From positions 178-64,177 of the forward strand of contig JAZRNS010000078.1 in NCBI GenBank assembly GCA_045648245.1: a stretch of 64,000 bases of DNA, in the 5' to 3' direction. Within the stretch, counting starts at the first letter, position 1. Every line of letters starts with the position of its first letter. The notes below the pieces were generated by a model. That model saw nothing but the letters and a program-made list of their open reading frames with translations. It searched no databases and had not been told where the DNA came from. The position numbers and the translations under genes are program-made. The stretch comes from Faecousia sp. (GTDB taxonomy: Bacteria > Bacillota > Clostridia > Oscillospirales > Oscillospiraceae). Positions 46,123-56,243 of this stretch are shown here, piece by piece.

Positions 46123-46156
46123 TGAGTGGTCCTCTGTGGATTGCTCATTATTTTTT
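46123..46156 (+). terminator. Riboswitch expression-platform terminator
   Basis: TGAGTGGTCC-tctgt-GGATTGCTCA-TTATTTTTT just before the glyA RBS. Confidence 0.7.
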
Positions 46157-46175
46157 AGGAAGAAGGACACACATT

Positions 46176-47429
46176 ATGTACGGAAAGACTTTGGATGCAA
46201 TCGGATTCGTTTCACAATTTGACCCGGATGTAGCTGCAATGATGAATCGGGAATTGTCTCGTCAGCAGGATGGCTTGGAGCTGATTGCTTCTGAGAACTT
46301 TGCATCTCCTGCTGTGATCGCAGCCATGGGTTCTGTTTTGACCAATAAGTATGCAGAAGGCTTGCCCGGTAAGCGCTACTATGGCGGCTGTCAGTTTGTT
46401 GACGAGCTGGAGAGTCTGTGTATTGAGCGGGCAAAGGAGTTGTTTGGTGCAGAGTTTGCCAATGTTCAGCCTCACTCCGGCGCACAGGCCAATATGGCTG
46501 TCCAGCTGGCGCTGCTGCAGCCTGGCGATACCATGATGGGTATGAGCCTTGCCAACGGCGGGCACTTGTCCCATGGAAGCCCTGCGAATATCTCCGGCAA
46601 GTACTATAATGTAGTTGCTTATGATGTCAATCATGAGACCGGTCTGATCGACTACGATCAGATCCGCGATCTGGCTAAGAAGAATCAGCCGAAACTGATC
46701 ATTGCCGGCGCATCTGCTTATCCCAGAGCCATTGATTTTAAGTTGTTTGCAGACATTGCCCATGAAGTGGGAGCTGTGTTTATGGTAGATATGGCACATA
46801 TTGCCGGCCTAGTTGCCGGTGGCGCACACATGAGTCCTGTGCCTTACGCCGATATTGTTACTACCACGACCCACAAGACCCTCCGCGGTCCTCGCGGCGG
46901 CTTGATCATGGGTAGGGAAGAGTACGCAAAGAAGATCAACTCTGCCGTGTTCCCCGGTACCCAGGGCGGTCCCTTGGAGCATATCATTGCCGCAAAGGCT
47001 GTTTGCTTTAAGGAAGCTATGAGCGACGATTTTAAGACTTATGCTAAGAATATTGTCAGCAACGCAAAGGTTATGGCAGAATCTCTGCTGGAAGAGGGCT
47101 TTGACCTGGTTACCGGCGGCACAGATAACCACCTGATGCTGGCAGACCTGCGTCCCATGAACATCACCGGCATGGAACTGCAGACCCGTTGTGATGCAAA
47201 CCACATCACCCTGAATAAAAATGCAATTCCCAATGATCCGCAAAAGCCTTCTGTTACCAGCGGCGTGCGTATCGGTACTGCAGCTGTAACTACCCGCGGT
47301 TTGGGCGCTGAGGAAATGAAGAAAATTGCCCATTGTGTTGCCCTTACTGCCAGGGACTTTGAAGGCACAGCTGACGAAGTAAAGGCAACTGTTCATGAGA
47401 TCTGCGAAAAGTTCCCTCTGTACAAATAA
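46176..47429 (+). CDS. glyA: Serine hydroxymethyltransferase
   Basis: [36 protein letters not shown]. Confidence 0.97.
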   Translation: MYGKTLDAIGFVSQFDPDVAAMMNRELSRQQDGLELIASENFASPAVIAAMGSVLTNKYAEGLPGKRYYGGCQFVDELESLCIERAKELFGAEFANVQPHSGAQANMAVQLALLQPGDTMMGMSLANGGHLSHGSPANISGKYYNVVAYDVNHETGLIDYDQIRDLAKKNQPKLIIAGASAYPRAIDFKLFADIAHEVGAVFMVDMAHIAGLVAGGAHMSPVPYADIVTTTTHKTLRGPRGGLIMGREEYAKKINSAVFPGTQGGPLEHIIAAKAVCFKEAMSDDFKTYAKNIVSNAKVMAESLLEEGFDLVTGGTDNHLMLADLRPMNITGMELQTRCDANHITLNKNAIPNDPQKPSVTSGVRIGTAAVTTRGLGAEEMKKIAHCVALTARDFEGTADEVKATVHEICEKFPLYK

Positions 47430-47435
47430 TATGAA

Positions 47436-47509
47436 AACACAAGGCAGGTGTGTTAACCTGCCTTGTGTTCTTACAAAAAAATCCCGAATCCAGATGGATT
47501 CGGGATTTT
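47436..47509. terminator. Two back-to-back terminators (glyA and rpsI)
   Basis: AACACAAGGCAGGT..ACCTGCCTTGTGTT (47436-47469) and AAAATCCCGAATCC-agat-GGATTCGGGATTTT (47478-47509). Confidence 0.8.
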
Positions 47510-47531
47510 GAATGTTCTGAAAGATAACAAA

Positions 47532-47936
47532 TTATCTCTTGGAGAATTGCGGTGCGCGACGAGCTGCCTTCAAGCCGTACTTCTTTCTTTCCTTCATTCT
47601 GGGGTCACGGGTCAGGAAACCAGCAGCCTTCAGAGAAGCGCGCAGCTCGGGGTTCAGAGTCAGCAGGGCGCGGGAGATACCATGACGGATTGCGCCAGCC
47701 TGACCGGAAACACCGCCGCCGGCAACGGTTACAACAACGTCAACCTTACCAACCAGATCGGTGGTAACCAGAGGCTGACGAACAACCAGCTTCAGGGTGT
47801 CCAGGCCAAAGTACTCGTCGATGTCGCGGCCGTTGATGATGATAGAACCGGTGCCGTTCTCGTAAACACGAACACGGGCAACGGAGGACTTACGGCGGCC
47901 GGTGCCGTAGTTATACTTCTTCTTGCTCTCGTACAT
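47532..47936 (-). CDS. rpsI: 30S ribosomal protein S9
   Basis: [45 protein letters not shown]. Confidence 0.98.
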   Translation of the reverse strand: MYESKKKYNYGTGRRKSSVARVRVYENGTGSIIINGRDIDEYFGLDTLKLVVRQPLVTTDLVGKVDVVVTVAGGGVSGQAGAIRHGISRALLTLNPELRASLKAAGFLTRDPRMKERKKYGLKAARRAPQFSKR

Positions 47937-47953
47937 AATCATTTACCTCCAAA

Positions 47954-48385
47954 TCAGTCCAGGGTCCAGGCTTCGGGCTTCTGTGCAGCGTGGGGGTGCT
48001 CGTTGCCCTTGTAAAGGTGCAGACGACCCATGCTGTTGCGGCCGATGGTGTTCTTGGGCAGCATGCCCTTAACAGCCAGCTCCATAGCATAGTCGGAGCG
48101 CTTCTCCATCATGTCGCGAGCCTTGGTTTCCTTCAGGCCGCCGATCCAACCGGATACACGGTAGTAGGTCTTCTGCTCGGCCTTCTTGCCGGTCAGAACT
48201 GCCTTGTCGGTGTTGATGACGATAACATAGTCGCCACAGTCAACGTTGGGTGTGAAGGTAGCCTTGTGCTTGCCACGCAGGATGTTAGCAGCAATAACAG
48301 CGGTACGGCCCAGGGGCTTGCCGGCTGCATCGATAACATACCACTTGCGCTCCAGGGTCTCCTTCTTCAGCAAAGTAGTAGACAT
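47954..48385 (-). CDS. rplM: 50S ribosomal protein L13
   Basis: RKWYVIDA.GKPLGR, RGKHK..FTP.VD.GD, GMLPKN, HPH.AQKP; promoter TTGACT-N17-TATAAG at 48491-48463. Confidence 0.98.
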   Translation of the reverse strand: MSTTLLKKETLERKWYVIDAAGKPLGRTAVIAANILRGKHKATFTPNVDCGDYVIVINTDKAVLTGKKAEQKTYYRVSGWIGGLKETKARDMMEKRSDYAMELAVKGMLPKNTIGRNSMGRLHLYKGNEHPHAAQKPEAWTLD

Positions 48386-48520
48386 TATGCGTTCCTCCAT
48401 TAGGTTAAAATATTTTGACAAATTCTTATATACGCAGTACAATGACTGCAAAACGCTTGATTCTTATACCATATTGCGATTTAAAAGTCAACAGCTTTTT
48501 TATAAAAATTTATAAAAACC

Positions 48521-48570
48521 ATTAAGAACTCTTAAAAACGCCTAAATACTCTTGGATACTCTTAAATACT
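48521..48570. repeat. Five phased, imperfect 10-bp direct repeats (consensus CTTAAATACT)
   Basis: attaagaact / cttaaaaacg / cctaaatact / cttggatact / cttaaatact. Confidence 0.6.
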
Positions 48571-48603
48571 CATTTGCTATTTTGGAAGGAGGTTGTTAGA
48601 AAA

Positions 48604-49344
48604 ATGCAGAAAATGGTGGGACTGATGCGCCGCTGTATAGAGGATTATCATATGATTGCTCGTGGCGATAAAATCGGCGTAGGTGTATCCGGCGGTAAGG
48701 ATTCCCTTGTTTTGCTGGTTTTGCTGGCAGAACTGAGAAAATATAACCACAATACATTTACCTTGGAGGCAATCACCATAGATATGGGCCTGGGGATGGA
48801 TTATAGCGGTATAGAGGATTTGTGCAAGCAACTGGATGTGCCTTTTACATTGGTAAAAACGGAAATCGGTCCAATTATTTTTGATTACCGAAAAGAGAAG
48901 AATCCCTGTTCTATGTGTTCTAAAATGCGCCGTGGCGCTCTCAATCAGGCACTTTTGGATCGGGGACTGACAAAGCTTGCACTGGGCCATCACTATGATG
49001 ATGCTGTGGAGACTTTTGTAATGTCTCTGATTTATGAAGGCAGAATCAGCTGCTTTCAGCCGGTAACAGAACTTGACAGAACCGGAATCATCCAAATTCG
49101 TCCCATGCTTTACATTCATGAAAAGACAGTGGATTCTTTTGCACAGCGGCAAGGCTTGCCGGTTCTTACCAATCGTTGCCCGGTAGATAAGAATACAAAG
49201 CGGGAAGAAATCAAAGAGCTTGTGTATGAGCTAAGTGCAAGATATCCGGATTTAAAAGAACGGATATTTGGTGCAATGCAGCGTCTGCCCCTTCCGGAGT
49301 GGGCACCTATAGGTCGCTATAAACGCCCGAAGGATCAGCCGTAA
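48604..49344 (+). CDS. ttcA: tRNA 2-thiocytidine synthase TtcA family
   Basis: PP-loop SGGKDS, CSMCSKMRRG, GHHYDD, IRP; AAGGAGG RBS. Confidence 0.85.
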   Translation: MQKMVGLMRRCIEDYHMIARGDKIGVGVSGGKDSLVLLVLLAELRKYNHNTFTLEAITIDMGLGMDYSGIEDLCKQLDVPFTLVKTEIGPIIFDYRKEKNPCSMCSKMRRGALNQALLDRGLTKLALGHHYDDAVETFVMSLIYEGRISCFQPVTELDRTGIIQIRPMLYIHEKTVDSFAQRQGLPVLTNRCPVDKNTKREEIKELVYELSARYPDLKERIFGAMQRLPLPEWAPIGRYKRPKDQP

Positions 49345-49396
49345 CGGTGTATGAAAACACGGGCAATGGAGATACTGTTACCAAGAGGTGGTAAAT

Positions 49397-49657
49397 ATGG
49401 TAAAAGGTATCTCAAGGCAAGTGATCGTGGTGCATGCACCGGATCCGAAAATGTTCGAACAGGCAATTTTTATACTGCGGGACGATGTGCTTGGCAGGGA
49501 TGGCGTAACTGAAGAAGCGCTGCTGCGGGAGGCAAAAAAACTATTGGGAAATCCTGTTGGCAGGAAGAAAGGAAAACTCCTGCTGTACGGTCCTGTGTGG
49601 GCCTGTTTCGGCGCGATGGCTACAGGCCTTGTGTGGTTCATAACGACCTTGTTTTGA
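49397..49657 (+). CDS. Small conserved membrane protein
   Basis: MVKGISRQVIVV...FEQAIFIL with C-terminal TM helix; GAGGTG RBS. Confidence 0.65.
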   Translation: MVKGISRQVIVVHAPDPKMFEQAIFILRDDVLGRDGVTEEALLREAKKLLGNPVGRKKGKLLLYGPVWACFGAMATGLVWFITTLF

Positions 49658-49706
49658 AGGCTTGTTTGTGTTATAATGGTAAAAAATCAGAAAGAGAAGA
49701 TAAGCT

Positions 49707-50672
49707 ATGCGGATTGGCAATATAGAAGTGAATAATCCCATTGCCCTTGGTCCCATGGCGGGTGTAACAGACTGGGCATTTCGTACTGTTTGCGCTGAAC
49801 TGGGCGCAAATATCACAATTACCGAGATGGCTTCCTCCCGGGCGCTGGTATATAAGGATAAAAAAAGCGCGGCATTGTTGAGGAAAAATGTCGGTAGTAT
49901 TTGCGGCGCGCAGATCTTTGGCAACGATCCACAAATCATGGCACAGGGAGCTATCCTTGCGTTGGAAATCTCCGGTGCAGATTTTATCGACATCAATATG
50001 GGCTGCCCTATGCCAAAGATCGCAAATTCCGGTGATGGCTGCGGTTTGATGCGCACACCGGAGCTGGCTGGCAGGATTGTGGAATCGGTGGTAAAAGCGG
50101 TAAATGTACCGGTAACGGTAAAATGCCGTCTGGGCTGGGACAAGGGGAGCATCAACGTCCTTGATTTTGCTCGACGTATGGAAGATTCCGGAGCCGCCAT
50201 GCTTACAGTCCATGGAAGGACCAGAAGTATGCTTTATAGCGGTACGGCAGACTGGGACATGATCGCAAAGGTGAAACAGCAGCTTTCTGTGCCTGTGGTC
50301 GCTAACGGTGATATTGTCAGCGGTGAAACTGCAGTAAAATGCCAAAAATGGACAAAGGCAGACGGCGTGATGATCGGCAGAGCCACCTTTGGCAATCCGT
50401 GGGTATTTGCACAGGCTAAGGCTGCCTTGGAAGGCAGAGAGATACCGGATCGCCCGCCCCTTTCCAAGCGTGTGGATGTGGCTGTGCGGCAATTTGAACT
50501 TGCTTACGAAGACAAAGGTGAGCATATTGCCTGTCTGGAAGCAAGGAAACACTTTGCATGGTACTTACGGGGTGTTGCCTATGCCAATTATTATAAGGAA
50601 CAAATTTCTTCTATTCAAAAAATGGAGGATATCTACCGCATTGCAGAGGGTATTCGCACAGATTTGAAATAA
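49707..50672 (+). CDS. dusB: tRNA dihydrouridine synthase B
   Basis: PMAGVTD, IDINMGCP..K, VHGRT, NGDI, MIGR...GNPW; promoter TTGTTT-N17-TATAAT at 49649-49677. Confidence 0.92.
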   Translation: MRIGNIEVNNPIALGPMAGVTDWAFRTVCAELGANITITEMASSRALVYKDKKSAALLRKNVGSICGAQIFGNDPQIMAQGAILALEISGADFIDINMGCPMPKIANSGDGCGLMRTPELAGRIVESVVKAVNVPVTVKCRLGWDKGSINVLDFARRMEDSGAAMLTVHGRTRSMLYSGTADWDMIAKVKQQLSVPVVANGDIVSGETAVKCQKWTKADGVMIGRATFGNPWVFAQAKAALEGREIPDRPPLSKRVDVAVRQFELAYEDKGEHIACLEARKHFAWYLRGVAYANYYKEQISSIQKMEDIYRIAEGIRTDLK

Positions 50673-50724
50673 TTGTATGGAATACTTGATCCGTTGCTTC
50701 GCAAGATACCAAAGAGGTGGTCTT

Positions 50725-51672
50725 GTGAAACGACGGATCTTTTTTATAATTCTTAGCATTATGCTTTTTGTCTTTCCGGTGAGAGCCGAGCCCATTCGCT
50801 GGGTTGATTTTGGAGTCCCTTATGAATCGCTGAAATATGCTATGGATCTGGATATAACCAGTTACGATCAGGAAAAGCACATTAGCTGGATCGATACACT
50901 GGCGCTGGCAGCTTGCCGCAGTGGGGGAAAATGCCCGTTGTCGTCTGTAAAAAAGGCGGCGCAGGAGCTAAAGGCGGATCAATCACCGGAAGAATTGCTG
51001 GGTGATCTGTATCGGTATTATACCTACTACCATGAATCCTTTGATGCTGCCTTAGGCGGACTTTTAGGCGCATTTTCCATTGAAATCGACGGTGAGAAAA
51101 AATGCACCTACGGATTAAAAGCATATTCTCCCGTTGCATCCGGGTATGGATATAGCCATTGTTCCGATTTTGGAACCAGCCGCTCCTTCGGGTTTGCGAG
51201 AAAGCATCTGGGCAACGATTTGATGGGTAGCTTGGGAACACCCATTGTGGCAGTAGAGGGTGGTGTAGTGGAAGCAATGGGCTGGAATCGGTACGGCGGC
51301 TGGCGAATTGGCATTCGTTCTTTTGATTCCAAGCGATACTATTACTATGCCCATTTGCAAAAGGATAAGCCTTTTGCGGAGGGGTTGGAAATCGGAGATA
51401 CTGTGCAGGCCGGGGATCTAATTGGATTTATGGGCAGGACGGGTTACTCTGACAGGGAAAACACCAATAACATTGAGACTGTTCACCTGCATTTTGGTTT
51501 GCAACTGATCTTTGACGAGAGTCAAAAAGAGTGCAATTCTGAGATATGGATTGATGTGTATAATATTGTTCGTCTGTTAAACAATCACCGAAGTACGATT
51601 ATAAAAGCAACAGACGGCTGGAAGCGTGTCTATCCGTTCGTAGATTTGGATATAGAAGAAATGGTGATATAA
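50725..51672 (+). CDS. Secreted M23 family metallopeptidase
   Basis: Signal peptide from GTG 50725; HLGND (HxxxD), YYAHL, GFMGRTG, HLH. Confidence 0.85.
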   Translation: MKRRIFFIILSIMLFVFPVRAEPIRWVDFGVPYESLKYAMDLDITSYDQEKHISWIDTLALAACRSGGKCPLSSVKKAAQELKADQSPEELLGDLYRYYTYYHESFDAALGGLLGAFSIEIDGEKKCTYGLKAYSPVASGYGYSHCSDFGTSRSFGFARKHLGNDLMGSLGTPIVAVEGGVVEAMGWNRYGGWRIGIRSFDSKRYYYYAHLQKDKPFAEGLEIGDTVQAGDLIGFMGRTGYSDRENTNNIETVHLHFGLQLIFDESQKECNSEIWIDVYNIVRLLNNHRSTIIKATDGWKRVYPFVDLDIEEMVI

Positions 51673-51708
51673 GGAATATTTGTGTAAAAAAGAAACAGAA
51701 AATACTGC

Positions 51709-51746
51709 TCACAGGGTTTGACAAAATTCATGCCCTGTGATATACT
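51709..51746 (+). promoter_or_regulatory. pyr operon promoter within an inverted repeat
   Basis: TTGACA (51718)-N17-TATACT with TG; TCACAGGG (51709-51716) / CCCTGTGA (51733-51740) flank the -35. Confidence 0.65.
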
Positions 51747-51780
51747 TACACGGATAAAAAGAACTTAGGAGGAGAACAAA

Positions 51781-52989
51781 ATGATGAGCGCGATTCAGAA
51801 GATGAAGACTGTCGGCTGCACCGTTAGTGATTTTGTTTCTTCCGGTACTTCCACTATGGAGTTTTTGTTTCCTTTTAATGATTCCAAATACACTGTTTTT
51901 CCCGGCTTTTGTGATGTGCATGTGCATTTCCGTGAGCCGGGTTTTTCTTATAAGGAGACCATAGCGACAGGATCTAAGGCATCTGCAGCAGGCGGTTATA
52001 CAGCCGTTTGTACCATGCCGAATCTGAATCCTGTGCCGGATACTGTGGAGCATCTGAATGAACAGCTGACGCTTATTGAGGATCAAGCTGTGATCCGTGT
52101 GTATCCCTATGGCGCAATTACCGTTGGTCAGCAAGGTGAACAACTGGCGGACCTGGAGGGTATGAGCGAAAAGGTAATTGCCTTTTCCGATGACGGCAAG
52201 GGCGTGCAGGACGACGATATGATGCGTCAGGCCATGTGTCGGGCGAAAGCCCTTGGAAAAATGATCGTTGCCCATTGCGAAGTGAATAGCCTGCTTCGTG
52301 GCGGTTATATCCACGATGGCGTGTATGCAAAGCAGCATGACCACAAGGGCATATGCAGTGCCAGTGAGTACGAGCAGATTGCCCGGGATCTGAAACTTGT
52401 TGAGGAAATCGGCTGTAAGTACCATGTGTGCCATATCTCTACCAAAGAAAGTGTGGATATCATTCGGCAGGCAAAGGCAAGGGGTGTAGATGTAACCTGT
52501 GAAACAGGCCCCCATTATTTGGTGCTGGATGATAAGGATCTGCAGGAAGACGGCCGGTTTAAAATGAATCCACCTTTGCGTTCCCGGGAGGACCGGCTGG
52601 CGCTGATCGAAGGTATTTGCGACGGGACCATCGATATGATCGCTACGGACCATGCACCCCACAGCGCAGAAGAAAAGGGGAAAGGGCTTGCCGGCAGCGC
52701 ATTTGGTATCGTTGGCATTGAAACCTGTTTTTCGATCCTGTACACCCATTTGGTGCAGAAAAAGATCATAACGCTGGAAAAGCTGATCGAGCTGATGGCG
52801 TTAAATCCCAGAAAACGGTATAACATTCCCTTAGGCAATGATTACACCGTTTGGGAACTGGACAAGGAATTTGTAGTTGATCCGGATCGGTTTCTGTCTA
52901 AGGGCAAGGCAACGCCTTTTACAGGCTGGAAGCTTAACGGTGTATGTATGCTTACCGTTTGCGACGGTAAGGTGGTATATAGGAAGTAA
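51781..52989 (+). CDS. pyrC: Dihydroorotase
   Basis: DVHVHFREPG, MPN, FKMNPPLR, ATDHAPH. Confidence 0.92.
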   Translation: MMSAIQKMKTVGCTVSDFVSSGTSTMEFLFPFNDSKYTVFPGFCDVHVHFREPGFSYKETIATGSKASAAGGYTAVCTMPNLNPVPDTVEHLNEQLTLIEDQAVIRVYPYGAITVGQQGEQLADLEGMSEKVIAFSDDGKGVQDDDMMRQAMCRAKALGKMIVAHCEVNSLLRGGYIHDGVYAKQHDHKGICSASEYEQIARDLKLVEEIGCKYHVCHISTKESVDIIRQAKARGVDVTCETGPHYLVLDDKDLQEDGRFKMNPPLRSREDRLALIEGICDGTIDMIATDHAPHSAEEKGKGLAGSAFGIVGIETCFSILYTHLVQKKIITLEKLIELMALNPRKRYNIPLGNDYTVWELDKEFVVDPDRFLSKGKATPFTGWKLNGVCMLTVCDGKVVYRK

Positions 52990-53013
52990 GTGTTTTGAGG
53001 AGGAATATGAAAA

Positions 53014-56000
53014 ATGGCAAAGAGAACAGACATTAAGAAGATTTTGATTATCGGTTCCGGTCCAATCGTGATCGGTCAGGCTGCTGAGTTTGACTATGCA
53101 GGCACACAGGCTTGCCTGGCACTGAAGGAAGAGGGCTATGAGGTTGTTTTGTGCAACTCCAACCCCGCTACCATTATGACCGATACTGTTGTGGCAGATA
53201 AGGTCTACATGGAGCCTTTGACCCTTGAATACATTGCAAAGATCATTCGTTATGAGCGCCCTGATGCGATCGTTCCCGGCATCGGCGGTCAGACCGGTTT
53301 GAATCTGGCTATGCAGCTGGAAAAGAAGGGTATTCTGAAGGAGTGCCGGGTAGAACTGCTGGGCACACCCAGTGCATCCATCGAACGGGCAGAAGACCGG
53401 GAAATGTTCAAGGAAATGTGCCAGTCTATCGGCGAGCCGGTTATTCCTTCTGAGATCACCTACTCCATTGAAGAGGCCAAGGAAGCAGCAAAGCGCATTG
53501 GCTATCCTGTTGTTTTGCGCCCTGCTTTCACTCTAGGCGGTACAGGTGGCGGTTTTGCCTATAACGAGGAAGAACTGATTGATGTAGGTCTGAATGCATT
53601 TAAACTGTCTCCTGTTCATCAGGTGCTGATTGAAAAGTCTGTTAAGGGCTATAAGGAGATCGAGTTCGAGGTCATGCGCGATAGCAACGACCATGCGATC
53701 ACCATCTGCGGCATGGAGAACATTGACCCTGTTGGCGTGCATACCGGCGATAGTATTGTTGTTGCACCCATCATGACCCTTAATGATCATGATCTAAAAA
53801 TGCTCAACGATTCTGCTATTAAGATCATTCGTGAACTGAAGATTGAGGGCGGCTGTAATGTTCAGTATGCCCTCAACCCCAAAACCAGTGAGTACTACCT
53901 GATCGAAGTCAACCCCAGAGTTTCCCGTTCTTCTGCGCTGGCATCCAAGGCATCCGGTTATCCCATTGCCCGGGTAACAGCTAAAATTGCAGTGGGTATG
54001 GCCTTGGAGGAGATTAAGATTGCCAACACCAATGCATCCTTTGAGCCTCGTCTTGACTATGTAATCGCAAAGCTGCCCCGTTTCCCGTTCGATAAGTTTA
54101 CTTCCGCAACCAATCAGCTGGGAACGCAGATGAAAGCCACAGGTGAGGTTATGGGCATCGGCTCAAACCTGGAGGAGAGCCTGCTGAAGGGTATCCGTTC
54201 TTTGGAGATCGGTGCAAACCATATCTACCATCCCAAGTTTGACAATATGTCTGTGGAGGAGCTGCTGGATTATATCAAGGAGTTCCGCTCTGATAATATC
54301 TTTGCGATTGCAGAACTGATCTACCATGGCGTGTCTATTGAAAAGCTCCATGAGGTTACACAGATTACCCCCTTCTTCCTGGAAGCAATTAAGAACATTG
54401 TGGACATGGAGAAGACACTAAAGCAGAATGTTCGTGATATAAAGATCCTGACCGACGCAAAGAAAATGGGCTTTAGCGATAAGTATATTGCCCGCCTGTG
54501 GAACTGCACCGAGCTGGATGTGTATAATGTCCGTAAGGAGAACAATCTGTTCCCTGTGTTCAAAATGGTGGATACCTGCCATACCAACGCCTACATTCCT
54601 TACTTCTATTCTTCCTACACAGGTGAGAACACCTCCAAACTGACAGAAAAGAAGAAAATCGTTGTTTTGGGTGCCGGCCCCATCCGTATCGGTCAGGGCG
54701 TGGAGTTTGACTATTCTACGGTTCATGCTGTTATGACCATTCGGGACTCCGGCTATGAGGCAATTATTATTAATAACAACCCGGAAACAGTTTCCACAGA
54801 CTATACGACTGCTGACAAGCTGTATTTTGAGCCTTTGACTCCGGAAGATGTTATGAATATCATTGAGTTTGAGAAGCCTGAGGGCGTTATTGCATCTTTG
54901 GGCGGTCAGACTGCGATCAATTTGGCACAGCCCTTGACCGACCGTGGCGTAAAAATCATCGGCACGGATTGTGCTGCCATCGATAAAGCAGAGGACCGCA
55001 ATGCCTTTGAGAATCTGCTTAATGAACTGGACATTCCCCGTGCAAAGGGCCGCGCAGTTACCAAGATTGAAGATGGCATTGCAGCCGCTGCTGAAATCGG
55101 CTATCCTGTATTGGTGCGTCCTTCCTTCGTTTTGGGCGGCCGCGCTATGCAGATCGTTGCAAACGAGGATCAGCTGCGCCACTATCTGCGTACTGCGGTT
55201 GAAATTGATGAGGACAAGCCTGTACTGGTTGATAAATATATTCAGGGCCGCGAGGTAGAGATTGACGCAATCTGCGACGGCAGAGATGTGTTTGTACCCG
55301 GCATTATGGAATTGGTCGAGCGTACCGGTGTCCACTCAGGCGACTCCATTTCCGTTTATCCGCCTTTCTCTATCAGTGATCGTGTGAAGGGGATCATTCT
55401 GCAATATGCAAAGAAACTGGGCTTAGGTATTGGTATTGTAGGCCTGTTTAACATTCAGTTTATTGTGGATGAGAACGACAATGTGTTTATTATCGAGGTC
55501 AATCCCAGATCTTCCCGTACGGTTCCGTTCCTGAGCAAGTCTACCGGTTATTCTCTGGCAGATATTGCAACAGAGGTAATTTTGGGCAAGAGCCTGAAGG
55601 AGCTGGGTATCTTTGATATTTATCCTAACGAAAAAGATCGCTGGTATGTAAAGGCACCTGTATTCTCCTTTAATAAGATCCGCGGACTGGATGCCTATTT
55701 GTCTCCGGAAATGAAGTCTACCGGTGAAGCAATCGGCTATGACCGTACAATGACAAGAGCGCTGTATAAGGCGCTGCAGGCTTCCGGTATGCACCTGCAG
55801 AACTATGGCACTGTGTTTGCTACTATCGCTGACAAGGATAAGGAAGAGGCACTGCCGTTGATCCGTCGGTTCTATGAACTGGGCTTCAATATTGAGGCTA
55901 CAGATGGTACTGCAAAATTTTTGAAACAGAACGGTATCCGCACCCATGTGCTGCAGAAGATCAGCACCGGCAGTGAGGAAATTCCCGATGCATTGCGTCA

Positions 56001-56181
56001 GGGTCATATTGCGTATGTTATCAACACACGGGACCCCGGCTCCGATCATGATGATGGCTTGAAGATCCGTCAGCTGGCAACAGAGTATAATGTAACCATG
56101 TTTACTGCGTTGGATACGGTTAAGGTTCTTTTGGATGTTCTGGAGGAAACGACCCTGACCATTTCCACCATTGATGCGTAA
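53014..56181 (+). CDS. carB: Carbamoyl-phosphate synthase large subunit
   Basis: GSGPIVIGQAAEFDY, two ATP-grasp halves (EVNPRVSRS, EVNPRSSRT), MGS domain. Confidence 0.97.
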   Translation: MAKRTDIKKILIIGSGPIVIGQAAEFDYAGTQACLALKEEGYEVVLCNSNPATIMTDTVVADKVYMEPLTLEYIAKIIRYERPDAIVPGIGGQTGLNLAMQLEKKGILKECRVELLGTPSASIERAEDREMFKEMCQSIGEPVIPSEITYSIEEAKEAAKRIGYPVVLRPAFTLGGTGGGFAYNEEELIDVGLNAFKLSPVHQVLIEKSVKGYKEIEFEVMRDSNDHAITICGMENIDPVGVHTGDSIVVAPIMTLNDHDLKMLNDSAIKIIRELKIEGGCNVQYALNPKTSEYYLIEVNPRVSRSSALASKASGYPIARVTAKIAVGMALEEIKIANTNASFEPRLDYVIAKLPRFPFDKFTSATNQLGTQMKATGEVMGIGSNLEESLLKGIRSLEIGANHIYHPKFDNMSVEELLDYIKEFRSDNIFAIAELIYHGVSIEKLHEVTQITPFFLEAIKNIVDMEKTLKQNVRDIKILTDAKKMGFSDKYIARLWNCTELDVYNVRKENNLFPVFKMVDTCHTNAYIPYFYSSYTGENTSKLTEKKKIVVLGAGPIRIGQGVEFDYSTVHAVMTIRDSGYEAIIINNNPETVSTDYTTADKLYFEPLTPEDVMNIIEFEKPEGVIASLGGQTAINLAQPLTDRGVKIIGTDCAAIDKAEDRNAFENLLNELDIPRAKGRAVTKIEDGIAAAAEIGYPVLVRPSFVLGGRAMQIVANEDQLRHYLRTAVEIDEDKPVLVDKYIQGREVEIDAICDGRDVFVPGIMELVERTGVHSGDSISVYPPFSISDRVKGIILQYAKKLGLGIGIVGLFNIQFIVDENDNVFIIEVNPRSSRTVPFLSKSTGYSLADIATEVILGKSLKELGIFDIYPNEKDRWYVKAPVFSFNKIRGLDAYLSPEMKSTGEAIGYDRTMTRALYKALQASGMHLQNYGTVFATIADKDKEEALPLIRRFYELGFNIEATDGTAKFLKQNGIRTHVLQKISTGSEEIPDALRQGHIAYVINTRDPGSDHDDGLKIRQLATEYNVTMFTALDTVKVLLDVLEETTLTISTIDA

Positions 56182-56195
56182 CTACAATAAGATTG

Positions 56196-56224
56196 CCGTA
56201 TGGGCGGACTAACCGCCCATGCGG
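56196..56224 (+). other. Intra-operon stem-loop between carB and pyrK
   Basis: CCGTATGGGCGG-actaa-CCGCCCATGCGG. Confidence 0.6.
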
Positions 56225-56243
56225 ATTTCCTTGAGGTAGAAAA

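Noticed and set aside
49349-49377. Forespore (SigF/SigG)-type promoter GTATG-N14-GGAGATACTG before the 49397 gene
   Set aside because: Plausible, but spacing and consensus are imperfect; too weak to call.
56196-56224. carB-pyrK hairpin as another copy of the RAYT REP
   Set aside because: It shares only GGGCG/CGCCC and lacks the GTAG tail and GATC core.
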